This document shows positions 30,221-40,635 of a stretch of DNA of 64,000 bases, piece after piece. The DNA is taken from NCBI GenBank assembly GCA_963725255.1, contig CAVRXV010000001.1, forward strand, positions 109,115 through 173,114, read 5' to 3'. How positions within the stretch are numbered: the stretch's first letter is position 1; each line of letters starts with the position of its first letter. The translations under genes and the position numbers were made by a program. Origin of the DNA: an uncultured Gammaproteobacteria bacterium (GTDB taxonomy: Bacteria > Pseudomonadota > Gammaproteobacteria > JAIEPX01). The notes under the pieces were generated by a model that saw nothing but the letters and a program-made list of their open reading frames with translations, searched no databases and was not told where the DNA came from.

Positions 30221-32683
30221 ATGGATACGAGTTACGAGCCTAAAGCCTTAGAGTCCAGTGCGCAAGCCTACTGGGATGAACATCACACTTTCGAAGCTAA
30301 AGAAGACCTCAACATTGAAAAATTTTATTGTCTTTCAATGCTCCCCTACCCCAGCGGTGAACTCCACATGGGTCACGTCCGAAATTACACCATTGGTGAT
30401 GTCATCAGTCGCTATCAGCGGATGCAGGGAAAAAATGTTTTACAACCGATGAGTTGGGATGCTTTTGGTTTACCCGCTGAAAACGCCGCATTGAAAAATA
30501 AATTAGCACCTTCTAGTTGGACACGACATAATATTGCTGATATGTCTGAACAATTGAAAAAATTAGGATTTGCAATTGATTGGAAGCGCGAATACGCCAC
30601 TTGTGATCCAGAATATTATCAGTGGGAGCAATGGTTATTTATTCGCATGTATAAAAAAGGCCTTGCGTATCAAAAAGAAGCAGAGGTTAATTGGGATCCT
30701 GTGGATCTTACTGTTTTAGCAAACGAACAAGTAGTTGATGGTTGTGGATGGCGCTCAGGTGCACCTGTTGAACGACGAAAAATACGACAATGGTTTTTGA
30801 AAATTACAGATTACGCTGACGAATTACTTGATAATCTTGATTTATTATCAGGCTGGCCCGAACAAGTACGAACGATGCAACGAAATTGGATTGGTCGATC
30901 TGAAGGTGTAGAAATTGATTTTTCTATTGTAAATCGTGATGAAAAACTCACGGTGTATACAACGCGACCTGATACATTATTCGGCGCAACTTATGTTGCA
31001 ATAGCGCCTGACCATCCATTAGCTCACGAAGCAGCAAAAGAAAATGCATCGATAATGGCCTTCGTTGAAGAGTGCAAGCATCTCAAAGTTGCTGAAGCTG
31101 AAATGGCTACTCTTCAGAAAAAAGGTGTACCCACACATTTTAAAGTGATTAATCCTATCAATGATGAACAAATCCCTATTTGGATAGCAAATTACGTTTT
31201 AATGGAATACGGTTCAGGTGCAGTCATGGCAGTACCCGCTCACGATGAACGCGATTTTCATTTTGCAACGTACTACCAACTTCCATTACGTCCTGTCATT
31301 AAGCCTGATGAAGAATCGTTTGATTTTTCAGTAAATGCTTTTACAGCAACAGGTACACTCATCGATTCTGGTGAATTTACTGGATTACATTCTCCTGATG
31401 CTATTAATGCTATTGCAAAACGCCTCGTAGAAAAAAATTGCGGGCGTAGAAAAACACATTATCGACTTCGTGACTGGGGAATTTCAAGACAACGCTACTG
31501 GGGTGCACCTATCCCAATGATTTATTGTCCACATTGTGGCATTGTTCCTGTTCCCGAAAAAGATTTACCCGTTATATTACCTACCGATATCGTTTTACAA
31601 AATCCAGGTTCACCGCTAGCGACACTTGAAGATTTTATTAATGTGCAATGCCCAGAATGTGGAAGTCAGGCTAAACGCGAAACAGATACTTTCGATACAT
31701 TCATGGAATCTTCGTGGTATTACGCACGTGATTGTTGTCCTAATCAATCAAAAGCAATGTTAGACGATCGGGCAAAATATTGGACACCCGTTGATCAATA
31801 TATAGGTGGTGTTGAACACGCTATTATGCATCTGCTTTATGCTCGTTTTATTCATAAAGTATTACGTGACGAAAACTTGCTCAATTCCGATGAACCTTTC
31901 ACACGCTTGTTAACACAAGGAATGGTGTTAAAAGACGGGAGTAAAATGTCTAAATCCAAAGGCAATACTGTTTCTCCAAAATCCTATATTGAAAAATACG
32001 GTGCGGATACAATTCGATTATTTATTCTATTTGCATCTCCGCCAGAACAATCACTTGAATGGTCTGATGCTGGCGTAGAAGGAGCCCATCGATTTATTAA
32101 ACGTGTTTGGGCGTACTGCCAAGAGGTGGCAGAGACTGTTCGAATAGCCAATGAAAACGATCCTAGAGAATTTGATTGGACTCAAGTTGATGAGGATGTT
32201 CGCTCTGCTCGACGAAAAATGCATTTAATATTGCAACAAGCTAATTATGATGTGGAACGATTGCAATTTAATACGGTTGTTTCTGCAACGATGAAACTTT
32301 TTAATATGCTACTTGAATTAAAACCTTCTAATACCTTCACTACAGCATTGATTCGTGAAGGCGTTGGTAAATTATTGAGACTTCTAGCGCCTATTACTCC
32401 CCATTTTACTCATCATCTGTGGCAACAGCTTGGGTTTGGTGACAACATCGCCAATGCGCGATGGCCACGCGTTAATAATAAAGCAATTAAAGCAGAAACC
32501 CTTACTTTAGTGGTTCAAGTCAATGGTAAACGACGAGCAGAAATTTCTGTCCCACTAGACAGCGAATCTTCCTTTATCGAAACGGCCGCACTCAATCATG
32601 AAAAAGTCAAAGAATCAATCCATAATCAAATACCTAAAAAAATTATTGTGGTTCCTGGGCGTCTCGTGAACATAGTAGTGTAA
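30221..32683 (+). CDS. leuS: Leucyl-tRNA synthetase
   Basis: 820 aa. HMGH (class I HIGH variant: [15 protein letters not shown]) and KMSKS motifs are present. Confidence 0.98.
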   Translation: MDTSYEPKALESSAQAYWDEHHTFEAKEDLNIEKFYCLSMLPYPSGELHMGHVRNYTIGDVISRYQRMQGKNVLQPMSWDAFGLPAENAALKNKLAPSSWTRHNIADMSEQLKKLGFAIDWKREYATCDPEYYQWEQWLFIRMYKKGLAYQKEAEVNWDPVDLTVLANEQVVDGCGWRSGAPVERRKIRQWFLKITDYADELLDNLDLLSGWPEQVRTMQRNWIGRSEGVEIDFSIVNRDEKLTVYTTRPDTLFGATYVAIAPDHPLAHEAAKENASIMAFVEECKHLKVAEAEMATLQKKGVPTHFKVINPINDEQIPIWIANYVLMEYGSGAVMAVPAHDERDFHFATYYQLPLRPVIKPDEESFDFSVNAFTATGTLIDSGEFTGLHSPDAINAIAKRLVEKNCGRRKTHYRLRDWGISRQRYWGAPIPMIYCPHCGIVPVPEKDLPVILPTDIVLQNPGSPLATLEDFINVQCPECGSQAKRETDTFDTFMESSWYYARDCCPNQSKAMLDDRAKYWTPVDQYIGGVEHAIMHLLYARFIHKVLRDENLLNSDEPFTRLLTQGMVLKDGSKMSKSKGNTVSPKSYIEKYGADTIRLFILFASPPEQSLEWSDAGVEGAHRFIKRVWAYCQEVAETVRIANENDPREFDWTQVDEDVRSARRKMHLILQQANYDVERLQFNTVVSATMKLFNMLLELKPSNTFTTALIREGVGKLLRLLAPITPHFTHHLWQQLGFGDNIANARWPRVNNKAIKAETLTLVVQVNGKRRAEISVPLDSESSFIETAALNHEKVKESIHNQIPKKIIVVPGRLVNIVV

Positions 32684-32687
32684 TATC

Positions 32688-33269
32688 ATGAAATCTTATA
32701 TTCAAAGAATTGCTTCATTCATCCTGATACTAGGTTGTCTTTTTTTGCTGGGTTGTGGATTTCAATTACGAAATCAAAATACATTACCCCTACCGTTGAA
32801 ATCTCTCGAAGTTATTAGTGAAAAGCCCTACGACCAATTTACCAAACAATTAAAATATAAACTTGTATTGTTAAATAATCAGGCACCTGATGTCAGAAGT
32901 AATACACAATTAATTATTCATCGGCATCACTTAAGCTACCGCATGCCAATTATTGGTAGCAGTCAACAAACTCGAATTTATCGCTATACTTTTCTTTTAG
33001 AATACTCTTTGATAGTTAATAATCATATCGTGATAAAACATAGAAATATTACGTTGAACAAACTACTGACACTCAATGAAAACGCTTTACTGACAACAAA
33101 TAACCAGTTGGAATTATTGACTGTTCAAATTCAACAAGCAGCGATAGATCAGCTAATTAATGAACTTAAATCACCTAAGCTTGCGTCAAGGTATGATGTT
33201 AAGGCTAGTTCTGAAGATGAATCTGATGAACTCGATACTATCAACTCGCAAGAGGTGCCAAACTCATGA
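32688..33269 (+). CDS. lptE: LPS assembly lipoprotein LptE (RlpB)
   Basis: 193 aa. Lipobox LLGCGFQLR. Invariant position between leuS and holA. Confidence 0.85.
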   Translation: MKSYIQRIASFILILGCLFLLGCGFQLRNQNTLPLPLKSLEVISEKPYDQFTKQLKYKLVLLNNQAPDVRSNTQLIIHRHHLSYRMPIIGSSQQTRIYRYTFLLEYSLIVNNHIVIKHRNITLNKLLTLNENALLTTNNQLELLTVQIQQAAIDQLINELKSPKLASRYDVKASSEDESDELDTINSQEVPNS

Positions 33270-34297
33270 AAATTAATCCTAATCAATTGCAGGCTCAACT
33301 GTTACAAGGGTTATCTCCAGTTTACTTGGTTGGTGGCGATGATCCGCTACTCGTGCTCGAATCGCGTGATAAAATTATTCAGCACGCTCAAACACAAGGC
33401 TACACAGAAAGACAATCTTTTCAGGCAGGTAGCGATTTTAATTGGGATACCTTACTCGCTGAAATTAGTAATCAATCACTTTTTAGTTCAAAAACAATTA
33501 TCGAACTTCGAATTCCCTCGGGCAAACCAGGAAAACAAGGCTCTGCTGCAATTGAAACATTTTTAGAGAACATTCCCCGTGATAAAATTTTACTGATCAT
33601 TACACCTAAACTGGATGCCTCCCAACAAAAAACTAAATGGCTCAAAGCGATAGAAAAGAAAGGCGTTTATATTCCTATTTGGCCGATAGAAAAAGCAAAT
33701 TTACCGGGTTGGATTAAACAGCGATTGCAACGTGAAGGTCTGAGCACATCACAAGAAGGCGTTGGGATTTTAGTCGATCAAACCCAAGGAAATTTATTAG
33801 CCTGCGATCAGGAAATTACAAAATTACGATTACTTTATGGCGAAAAAAAATTATCTCCTGAAGAAATAAATGATGCTGTTGGTGATCATGCGCGTTTTGA
33901 TTTGTACCAATTAATCGATCAGGCCCTTATTGGAGAATCTGAAGCAACTGTTCGAATCCTGGCTCAACTTCAAGAAGCTGGGACTGAACCCACTCTACTT
34001 TTGTGGTCAATTACGCGTGAAATTCGTCAACTGATACAACTTCAGTTACTCATGACTCGTGGCGAAACTTTTGATAATGCGTGCAATAAATTATTTGTGT
34101 GGAAAAATCGCCAACCGCTTTATCAAAAAGCATTACGCAGATTAACACAACCTGAACTGACTCAAGCACTGCAACGAGCCTCAGAAATTGATTTAATGAT
34201 TAAAGGGCTGCAGCCTGGAAATGTATGGTTAGCATTGAATGATTTGATCCTGTCAATTGCGGGCACAACTTTAGCCACGACGGAAGAGAAATGTTAA
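33266..34297 (+). CDS. holA: DNA polymerase III delta subunit HolA
   Basis: 343 aa. N-terminus is L.....L.PVYLVGGDDPLL. Synteny leuS-lptE-holA-nadD. Confidence 0.88.
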   Translation: MKINPNQLQAQLLQGLSPVYLVGGDDPLLVLESRDKIIQHAQTQGYTERQSFQAGSDFNWDTLLAEISNQSLFSSKTIIELRIPSGKPGKQGSAAIETFLENIPRDKILLIITPKLDASQQKTKWLKAIEKKGVYIPIWPIEKANLPGWIKQRLQREGLSTSQEGVGILVDQTQGNLLACDQEITKLRLLYGEKKLSPEEINDAVGDHARFDLYQLIDQALIGESEATVRILAQLQEAGTEPTLLLWSITREIRQLIQLQLLMTRGETFDNACNKLFVWKNRQPLYQKALRRLTQPELTQALQRASEIDLMIKGLQPGNVWLALNDLILSIAGTTLATTEEKC

Positions 34298-34932
34298 TTG
34301 GTTTATTAGGTGGAACATTTGACCCAGTTCATAACGGGCATCTCCACGTTGCAGAAAGTGTAGTAAATCAGCTCTCTCTCGATGAAATTCGGCTTCTACC
34401 CTGTTACCATCCCGTTCATCGTCCTGAACCACAAGCGAGCCCCGAAGATCGATTAGCAATGACAAAATTAGCTTGCGATAAATTAGCTAAAATCACAGTG
34501 GATGAGCATGAAATTAGGCGCGGTGGGCCTTCGTATATGATTGATACCCTTCGCGAGTTAAAAAAAGAAAACCCACAGAACCATTATTGTCTTATTTTGG
34601 GTAAAGATGCCTTTGATGGCTTTCATCTATGGCATGAATGGAAACATATTTTAGACTATTGTCATTTAATTATTGTTTCACGTCCCAATATTTCAACTGA
34701 ATATCCTGATATTCTGAAATCGTTAATTGAAAAACATAGCACGGATTTAGTATCAGAATTATCAAACCTATCATCCGGTAAAATTTTATTCTGCTCTATC
34801 CCCCCTTTAGAAATATCTGCAACTCAATTGCGTTCTCAACTCGCTCAAAAAAAATATGATATGTCCATTATTCCTGCACCCGTATGCCTTTATATTCAAG
34901 AACATAGTCTTTATTCAGCATCTCCCGGTTAG
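34291..34932 (+). CDS. nadD: Nicotinate-nucleotide adenylyltransferase NadD
   Basis: 213 aa. GLLGGTFDPVHNGH (HxGH) motif. The last 5 codons (SASPG*) are encoded by the R1 repeat core cagcatctcccggttag at 34916-34932. Confidence 0.93.
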   Translation: MLIGLLGGTFDPVHNGHLHVAESVVNQLSLDEIRLLPCYHPVHRPEPQASPEDRLAMTKLACDKLAKITVDEHEIRRGGPSYMIDTLRELKKENPQNHYCLILGKDAFDGFHLWHEWKHILDYCHLIIVSRPNISTEYPDILKSLIEKHSTDLVSELSNLSSGKILFCSIPPLEISATQLRSQLAQKKYDMSIIPAPVCLYIQEHSLYSASPG

Positions 34933-35008
34933 AAATATTAATTGTTGTTGACAATTCTTTTGATTATGATTAACTTTGCATTTTTATCATCTTATAAGGG
35001 AGTTACTG

Positions 35009-35803
35009 ATGAATAACGCAAGGATGGCGATTACTGTCGCTTTAGCACTTTCTTCCAGCATGGCATTAGCTGATGTTTTTCAATTTCAAAAAGGGTTCTA
35101 TATTGGGGCTAATACTGGCGCCTCTTTTGTAACCGGCCAAACATACGATGAACTTCGACTTAGCAATACTTTTCCTGGACCATTTGCAGGTTCAAAAACC
35201 GTATTCCGAGATGAAGCCAGCGCTCGTGGGTATAACGGTGGCGCATTTTTAGGATGGAATTTTTATGTTGATCGTGAGTATATCTATGGCCTTGAAATCT
35301 CAGGAAATGCTTACACTAATCGCGCACACCAAACCTTTTGGAGTGAAGGGAATCAAACGACTCCCACACCAGTTCATATCCTTAATTTCGAAGAAAGTTG
35401 GGATATGAAATACTCTGCTGACATTACATTTCACCCCGGAGTTTTTGTAAGTGATTCTACCGCTCTCTACGGAATTTTAGGTGGTTCCATTGCTGAAATT
35501 AAGACCAATTTCAAGAGCGTATCCCATGCACCTGGAGTTCGTGATCGCTCTAATGACGAATCAGAGACTCTCTATGGTTTTGTGCTAGGTGCCGGTGTTC
35601 AGAAACAGCTCTGTAACAGACTCAGCATGGTTGCTTCGTACCAGTATACCTACTACGGAGATCACTCATTACGCAATCATCACATTCCTCTTCCCGCTCC
35701 AACCCTTCGTCAGGCTGGAGAGAGTAACTTTAACGGCGTTAATCACCGCACTCTTACTGTTGATACCAATGTCTTCAAACTTGGCTTACTCTATACGTTC
35801 TAA
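35009..35803 (+). CDS. Outer-membrane beta-barrel protein (OMP_b-brl/opacity-porin-like)
   Basis: ORF 34976..35803. The likely start is MNNARMAITVALALSSSMALA (ATG 35009, RBS aagggag). It has alternating aromatic beta-strand patterning and a terminal YTF. It is inserted between nadD and rsfS. Confidence 0.8.
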   Translation: MNNARMAITVALALSSSMALADVFQFQKGFYIGANTGASFVTGQTYDELRLSNTFPGPFAGSKTVFRDEASARGYNGGAFLGWNFYVDREYIYGLEISGNAYTNRAHQTFWSEGNQTTPTPVHILNFEESWDMKYSADITFHPGVFVSDSTALYGILGGSIAEIKTNFKSVSHAPGVRDRSNDESETLYGFVLGAGVQKQLCNRLSMVASYQYTYYGDHSLRNHHIPLPAPTLRQAGESNFNGVNHRTLTVDTNVFKLGLLYTF

Positions 35804-35812
35804 TCGATGGGT

Positions 35813-35839
35813 AGTAGTTCCCGCCTAGCGGGAACTACT
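35813..35839 (+). terminator. Stem-loop after the OMP gene (12-bp perfect stem agtagttcccgc/gcgggaactact, 3-nt loop)
   Basis: Seen directly 10 nt after the stop. It is followed by ttctcc (weak U-tract). Confidence 0.6.
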
Positions 35840-35923
35840 TTCTCCTACTTCCGCCCTCTTGTATTCTACTTTCTACGCATAATATGATAAGATTTCTGTT
35901 TTTTACTCAAGAAAGGCTAGCCA

Positions 35924-36274
35924 ATGGAACCAGAACAACTCAAACAATTAGTACTATCAGTGCTTGATGATTACAAGGCACTCAACGTTGTAGAAATCGA
36001 CGTGAGAAAATTAACATCCATCACCGATACCATGATTATTTGCAGTGGAACATCAACACGTCATTTAAAAACGATATCTGAACAAGTTGTTAAACGCGCT
36101 AAAGAAAATGGCGTAGTTCCTTTAGGTGTTGAAGGAGAAGATTCTGCAGAATGGATTCTCGTGGATTTATCGGATGTGATTGTACATATCATGCAACCTT
36201 CAGCACGTGAATTTTACAGTCTCGAAAAACTGTGGACTGCTGCCGAAGAAGTGCGTGAGAAACATGGCCGTTAA
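35924..36274 (+). CDS. rsfS: Ribosomal silencing factor RsfS (iojap/YbeB)
   Basis: 116 aa. DDYKALNVVEIDVRKLTSITDTMIICSGTSTRHLKTI is the typical RsfS core. Confidence 0.92.
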   Translation: MEPEQLKQLVLSVLDDYKALNVVEIDVRKLTSITDTMIICSGTSTRHLKTISEQVVKRAKENGVVPLGVEGEDSAEWILVDLSDVIVHIMQPSAREFYSLEKLWTAAEEVREKHGR

Positions 36275-36734
36275 ATTGATTGCCGTGGGCCGTAATATGC
36301 CCGACTGGGTCAACGAAGCTTTTCATGATTATGTTAAGCGATTGCCTGCTGAATATGCTATTGATATTCTTGAAGTACGTCCCGAAATTCGTGGGAAAAA
36401 TGAGAATATCGCGAAAATTATCGAACGTGAAGGTGAAAAGATTCTTAAGGCGGTACCTGATCAATATACTATCATTGCGTTGGATGAACGTGGTACTCCC
36501 TGGAATACCCAACAATTAGCAACACAACTGAAACAATGGCGTGAAGAGCAAAAGAAAATTTGCCTGGTAATAGGCGGGCCCGACGGCTTATCAGATGCCT
36601 GTCGGCAACGAGCGCATCAAATATGGTCATTATCGCCGCTCACCTTGCCTCATCCTCTGGTGCGTGTCATTATAGCTGAGCAAATTTATCGTGCTTGGAG
36701 TATCTTAACTCATCATCCTTATCATCGAGCGTAA
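36264..36734 (+). CDS. rlmH: 23S rRNA (pseudouridine1915-N3)-methyltransferase RlmH
   Basis: The tracked ORF starts at 36180, but the conserved start is MAVKLIAVGRNMPDW (ATG 36264), overlapping the rsfS stop. SPOUT C-terminus (LSLSPLTLPHPLVRVIIAEQIYRAWSI). Confidence 0.92.
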   Translation: MAVKLIAVGRNMPDWVNEAFHDYVKRLPAEYAIDILEVRPEIRGKNENIAKIIEREGEKILKAVPDQYTIIALDERGTPWNTQQLATQLKQWREEQKKICLVIGGPDGLSDACRQRAHQIWSLSPLTLPHPLVRVIIAEQIYRAWSILTHHPYHRA

Positions 36735-36739
36735 TTTAC

Positions 36740-38587
36740 ATGGCACCGCGCCTCACGATTAAAAATTATCATTCAGAAACGAATTTGTTCACGCAGCGCG
36801 TGTTTACTGCCGCTATTATTATTCTCGTACTGACTTTTTGCTTAGTCGCGCGACTTTTTTATTTACAAATAATTCAACATAATCGCTATACAACGCTCTC
36901 ATTGCAAAATCAGCAAGTACTCATTCCCATCGAACCCAATCGCGGCCTTATTTATGATCGCAACGGTGTATTATTAGCTGAAAATATGCCTAGTTTTAGT
37001 TTGGATATTATTCCTGACCACGTACCTGATCTTCGTAAAACACTGACTGATTTACGCACTCTTTTTGATATTGATGATGAAGCTGTGCAGCAATTTTACA
37101 AACAACGCCGCCAACATCGATCTTTCGAACCCGTTTCTTTGAAATTGAATCTTACTGATGATGAAGTAGCGCGATTTTATGTGAATCTCTTTCGATTTCC
37201 CGGTGTCACAATTAACGCCCGTTTATTACGCAATTATCCTTTAGGGCCTGATAGTGTGACAGTGCTCGGTTATGTTGGACGCATCAATGAAAAAGAATTA
37301 AAAGAGATTGATACAGCAAATTACAGTGCTTCAAACTACATCGGTAAAATCGGTATAGAACATTATTATGAAGACGAATTGCACGGCAGTGTGGGCTACA
37401 ATCAGGTAGAAGTGAATGCTTCTGGGCAAATAGTCAGAGTTCTAAAACGTTTTCCTCCTATCCCAGGCGATAATCTTTATTTGAGTATCGATAGCAAATT
37501 ACAACATGTTGCACATCAAGCTTTTGAAGGTGAACGTGGAGGGTTAGTTGCGATAGATCCTACTACAGGAAAGGTATTGGCGATGGTGAGTCATCCCAAT
37601 TATGATCCTAATTTATTTGTGAATGGAATTAGTAACGGCGACTATCAACAATTACGAGAAGCATCAGATAGACCGCTCTACAATCGAGCTGTGAGAGGTC
37701 AGTATCCTTTTGGTTCAACGATTAAACCATATTATGCATTGCAGGCTCTCAACGAAGAAGTAGTTTCTCCAGAAGACAGCATTTATTGTAATGGGTATTT
37801 TCAATTACCGGGTGTTTCAAGAGAATGGCATGACTGGAATCATAAAAAAGGCGGACATGGTCGTACCAATTTGCACGATGCTATCATGCAATCTTGTGAT
37901 ATTTATTTTTATACTCTGGCTCATAAAATGGGCATCTCAAAAATGGATGATATTTTACGTGAATTTGGTTTTGGAGAATTGACACACATCGATATGCATG
38001 AAGAAATTCCTGGCGTTGTTGCCTCACCCGATTGGAAGAAAAAAACTCAACATACACGTTGGTATCCGGGTGATACAATTATTTCTGGCATAGGACAAGG
38101 ATTTATGTTGGCAACACCGATACAGCTCGCCAGTGCAACAGCCACTCTTTCACAACGTGGAATTCGTTATCAACCACAGTTGCTACACAAAGTTGAAAAA
38201 CCAACAGGCCAAATTATTACTCAGGCGCCTATTTTAAAAAAACCTGTAGTCATGAAAGTGGAAGACGATTGGGATATTGTGATCAATGCGATGAAAGATG
38301 TGATAAGTAGTCCTCAGGGAACGGCGTATGTAAAGTTTGGTCATCCTGATTTGTATACGGCTGCGGGTAAAACAGGAACGGCTCAAGTCTACAGACCTTC
38401 CTCTTTATCTGATAAAAAAGATGAAGAGGTAGAAGAAAAATATCGCGATAATTCATTATTTATTGCGTTTGCACCCGTAGACAAACCACAAATAGCGGTA
38501 GCAGTCATTGCAGAAAATTCTCATGCCGCTGCTAAAGTGGCTCGTGCAGTACTCGATGCTTTTTTTATCAGGAGTTCCGATGAATAA
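36740..38587 (+). CDS. mrdA: Penicillin-binding protein 2 (MrdA)
   Basis: Likely start is MAPRLTIKNY (ATG 36740). Transpeptidase motifs STIKP, SCD(SxN-type) and KTGTAQ are present. Confidence 0.95.
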   Translation: MAPRLTIKNYHSETNLFTQRVFTAAIIILVLTFCLVARLFYLQIIQHNRYTTLSLQNQQVLIPIEPNRGLIYDRNGVLLAENMPSFSLDIIPDHVPDLRKTLTDLRTLFDIDDEAVQQFYKQRRQHRSFEPVSLKLNLTDDEVARFYVNLFRFPGVTINARLLRNYPLGPDSVTVLGYVGRINEKELKEIDTANYSASNYIGKIGIEHYYEDELHGSVGYNQVEVNASGQIVRVLKRFPPIPGDNLYLSIDSKLQHVAHQAFEGERGGLVAIDPTTGKVLAMVSHPNYDPNLFVNGISNGDYQQLREASDRPLYNRAVRGQYPFGSTIKPYYALQALNEEVVSPEDSIYCNGYFQLPGVSREWHDWNHKKGGHGRTNLHDAIMQSCDIYFYTLAHKMGISKMDDILREFGFGELTHIDMHEEIPGVVASPDWKKKTQHTRWYPGDTIISGIGQGFMLATPIQLASATATLSQRGIRYQPQLLHKVEKPTGQIITQAPILKKPVVMKVEDDWDIVINAMKDVISSPQGTAYVKFGHPDLYTAAGKTGTAQVYRPSSLSDKKDEEVEEKYRDNSLFIAFAPVDKPQIAVAVIAENSHAAAKVARAVLDAFFIRSSDE

Positions 38588-39701
38588 AAGTGCAAAAAAA
38601 TATATTCAGACGATGAACGATTCGTTCTGGAGTTCAATACACATCGATTTAACGCTATTAAGTTTGATTACCATTCTTATGGCTATAGGATTAATAATAT
38701 TATACAGTGCCGGAAACCAGAGTATTTCACAATTATCGAGTCAAGCCATTCGACTCGGTATCGCTTTAATTGTCATGTTGGTATTTGCGCAAATTCCTCC
38801 AAATAAATATTACCAATGGATTCCCATTATTTTTATTATCGGTATTTTACTCTTAGTTGCTGTTGATATTGTTGGTCACATTGGTAAAGGGGCTCAGCGT
38901 TGGTTAAGTCTAGGCGTCGTTCGATTTCAACCTTCCGAAATTATGAAATTAGCCGCACCCATGATTTTAGCCTGGTATTTACATGATAAACCCCTCCCAC
39001 CTTCTCTTAAAATTTTATTCTACAGTATCACAATGCTGATATTCCCTGTTTTGCTTGTTGCAAAACAACCAGATCTTGGAACCGCAATTCTAATTTTAGC
39101 GGCAGGGGCATCAGTACTACTCCTTGCTGGATTGGGATGGCGGTTAATTGCTATTGCGACAGGACTAGTGTTGGCGAGCCTTCCTGCCGTTTGGTATTTT
39201 TTACACGATTTTCAGCGTAAGCGTGTTCTGACTCTTTTCGATCCTGAACGAGATCCACTCGGCTCTGGCTATCATATTATTCAATCTAAAATTGCTATTG
39301 GATCTGGGGGGCTGTTTGGTAAAGGCTGGTTAAACGGAACTCAATCTCACTTACAATTTTTACCAGAACATTCTACTGATTTTATTTTTGCAGTAGCAGG
39401 CGAAGAATTCGGTTTTATGGGAAGTGTTGCACTCATCATTTTACTACTCGCGATAGTGGGTAGAGGTTTGTATATTAGTCTCCAAGCTCAAGATACCTTT
39501 TCTCGATTGTTGGCGGGAAGTATAACCCTCACTTTTTTCATTTGCTTTTTTGTCAACATGGGAATGGTTAGCGGAATTTTGCCCGTTGTAGGTATCCCAT
39601 TACCTTTAGTGAGTTATGGTGGAACTTCCATGGTTACGATTATGGCTGGATTTGGTATTTTAATGTCTATCCATACTCATCGACAACTTATTCGACGGTA
39701 G
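38580..39701 (+). CDS. mrdB: Rod-shape determining SEDS glycosyltransferase RodA (MrdB)
   Basis: Likely start is MNKSAKKY (ATG 38580), overlapping the mrdA stop. SEDS family multi-TM protein (GAQRWLSLGVVRFQPSEIMK...). Confidence 0.93.
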   Translation: MNKSAKKYIQTMNDSFWSSIHIDLTLLSLITILMAIGLIILYSAGNQSISQLSSQAIRLGIALIVMLVFAQIPPNKYYQWIPIIFIIGILLLVAVDIVGHIGKGAQRWLSLGVVRFQPSEIMKLAAPMILAWYLHDKPLPPSLKILFYSITMLIFPVLLVAKQPDLGTAILILAAGASVLLLAGLGWRLIAIATGLVLASLPAVWYFLHDFQRKRVLTLFDPERDPLGSGYHIIQSKIAIGSGGLFGKGWLNGTQSHLQFLPEHSTDFIFAVAGEEFGFMGSVALIILLLAIVGRGLYISLQAQDTFSRLLAGSITLTFFICFFVNMGMVSGILPVVGIPLPLVSYGGTSMVTIMAGFGILMSIHTHRQLIRR

Positions 39702-39707
39702 CTAATT

Positions 39708-40454
39708 ATGTCAAATCTAAACGCCACACCATTTTCAATTCGCTGTATTGGTGATGCTGTTTTATTTGCACCCACTAAGCTTGTTCAATTTACACCAGAA
39801 GAAGATATTGAGGGCTGTATTAGCAAAATGATGCAATCATTGAATGATCATTGTGGCGTTGGAATTGCTGCGAATCAATGCGCAAATATCCCTTCCCCTG
39901 TCCCCAGTATCATCATTATTAATCCTGTCAATCCACAAACCCGCATCACAGCTAAAGTACGATATCCTGACGAAATCGTTCCAGAAACAGATATACTGAT
40001 TAATCCAGTGATTATTGAACGTTCGCCCGAAACTCATTGTCCTGGAGAAGGCTGTTTGAGTATCCCTTGCCCATTTAGAGGAAAAGTGAGACGGCACCGA
40101 TGGATCGTCGTTCAATATTACGATGTTCATGGAAACAAACATGAAAAAAAACATTCCGATATGACAGCTCAGATCATTCAACATGAGACTGAACATTTAC
40201 AAGGAATTCTTTTTCTTCATAAACTGCTTCAAGAGTTGAATCCATCTCAAAAAGAGCAGTTTGTTGAGTTAATCGATGAAGTTATTAATCATCCCCGATC
40301 ATTAGAAAATCTTCCAACATCGCCTTATTTTGCCTTTGACCGAGATAAGAATGGCGACCTAATGATTATGGAAGACTATATTATCCATGCTTTATCTCAA
40401 CTAGATCCTACTCTGCTTGAGACTATCCGCAATACTGCTCTCAAATCAGGTTGA
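39708..40454 (+). CDS. Peptide deformylase paralogue with ~70-aa C-terminal extension
   Basis: Def motifs GVGIAANQ (motif 1), EGCLSIP (motif 2) and QHETEHLQG (motif 3, HExxH). 248 aa, compared with ~170 aa for a typical Def. Confidence 0.8.
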   Translation: MSNLNATPFSIRCIGDAVLFAPTKLVQFTPEEDIEGCISKMMQSLNDHCGVGIAANQCANIPSPVPSIIIINPVNPQTRITAKVRYPDEIVPETDILINPVIIERSPETHCPGEGCLSIPCPFRGKVRRHRWIVVQYYDVHGNKHEKKHSDMTAQIIQHETEHLQGILFLHKLLQELNPSQKEQFVELIDEVINHPRSLENLPTSPYFAFDRDKNGDLMIMEDYIIHALSQLDPTLLETIRNTALKSG

Positions 40455-40635
40455 TAGTCTAATCAAGCTCGAGTAATATTGGTCCTGCTAACCCTTATGT
40501 TGCATTACTAGTAGTAATGTAAATTTGTGGTAACCCGCTAGAATGGCATAGACGTTCAGATTTTGTTCAGGTTGGGCATAATATGGACGTTACCATCATG
40601 TGGTAAATAGTTAAAACAACAGATAGGAATCTACC

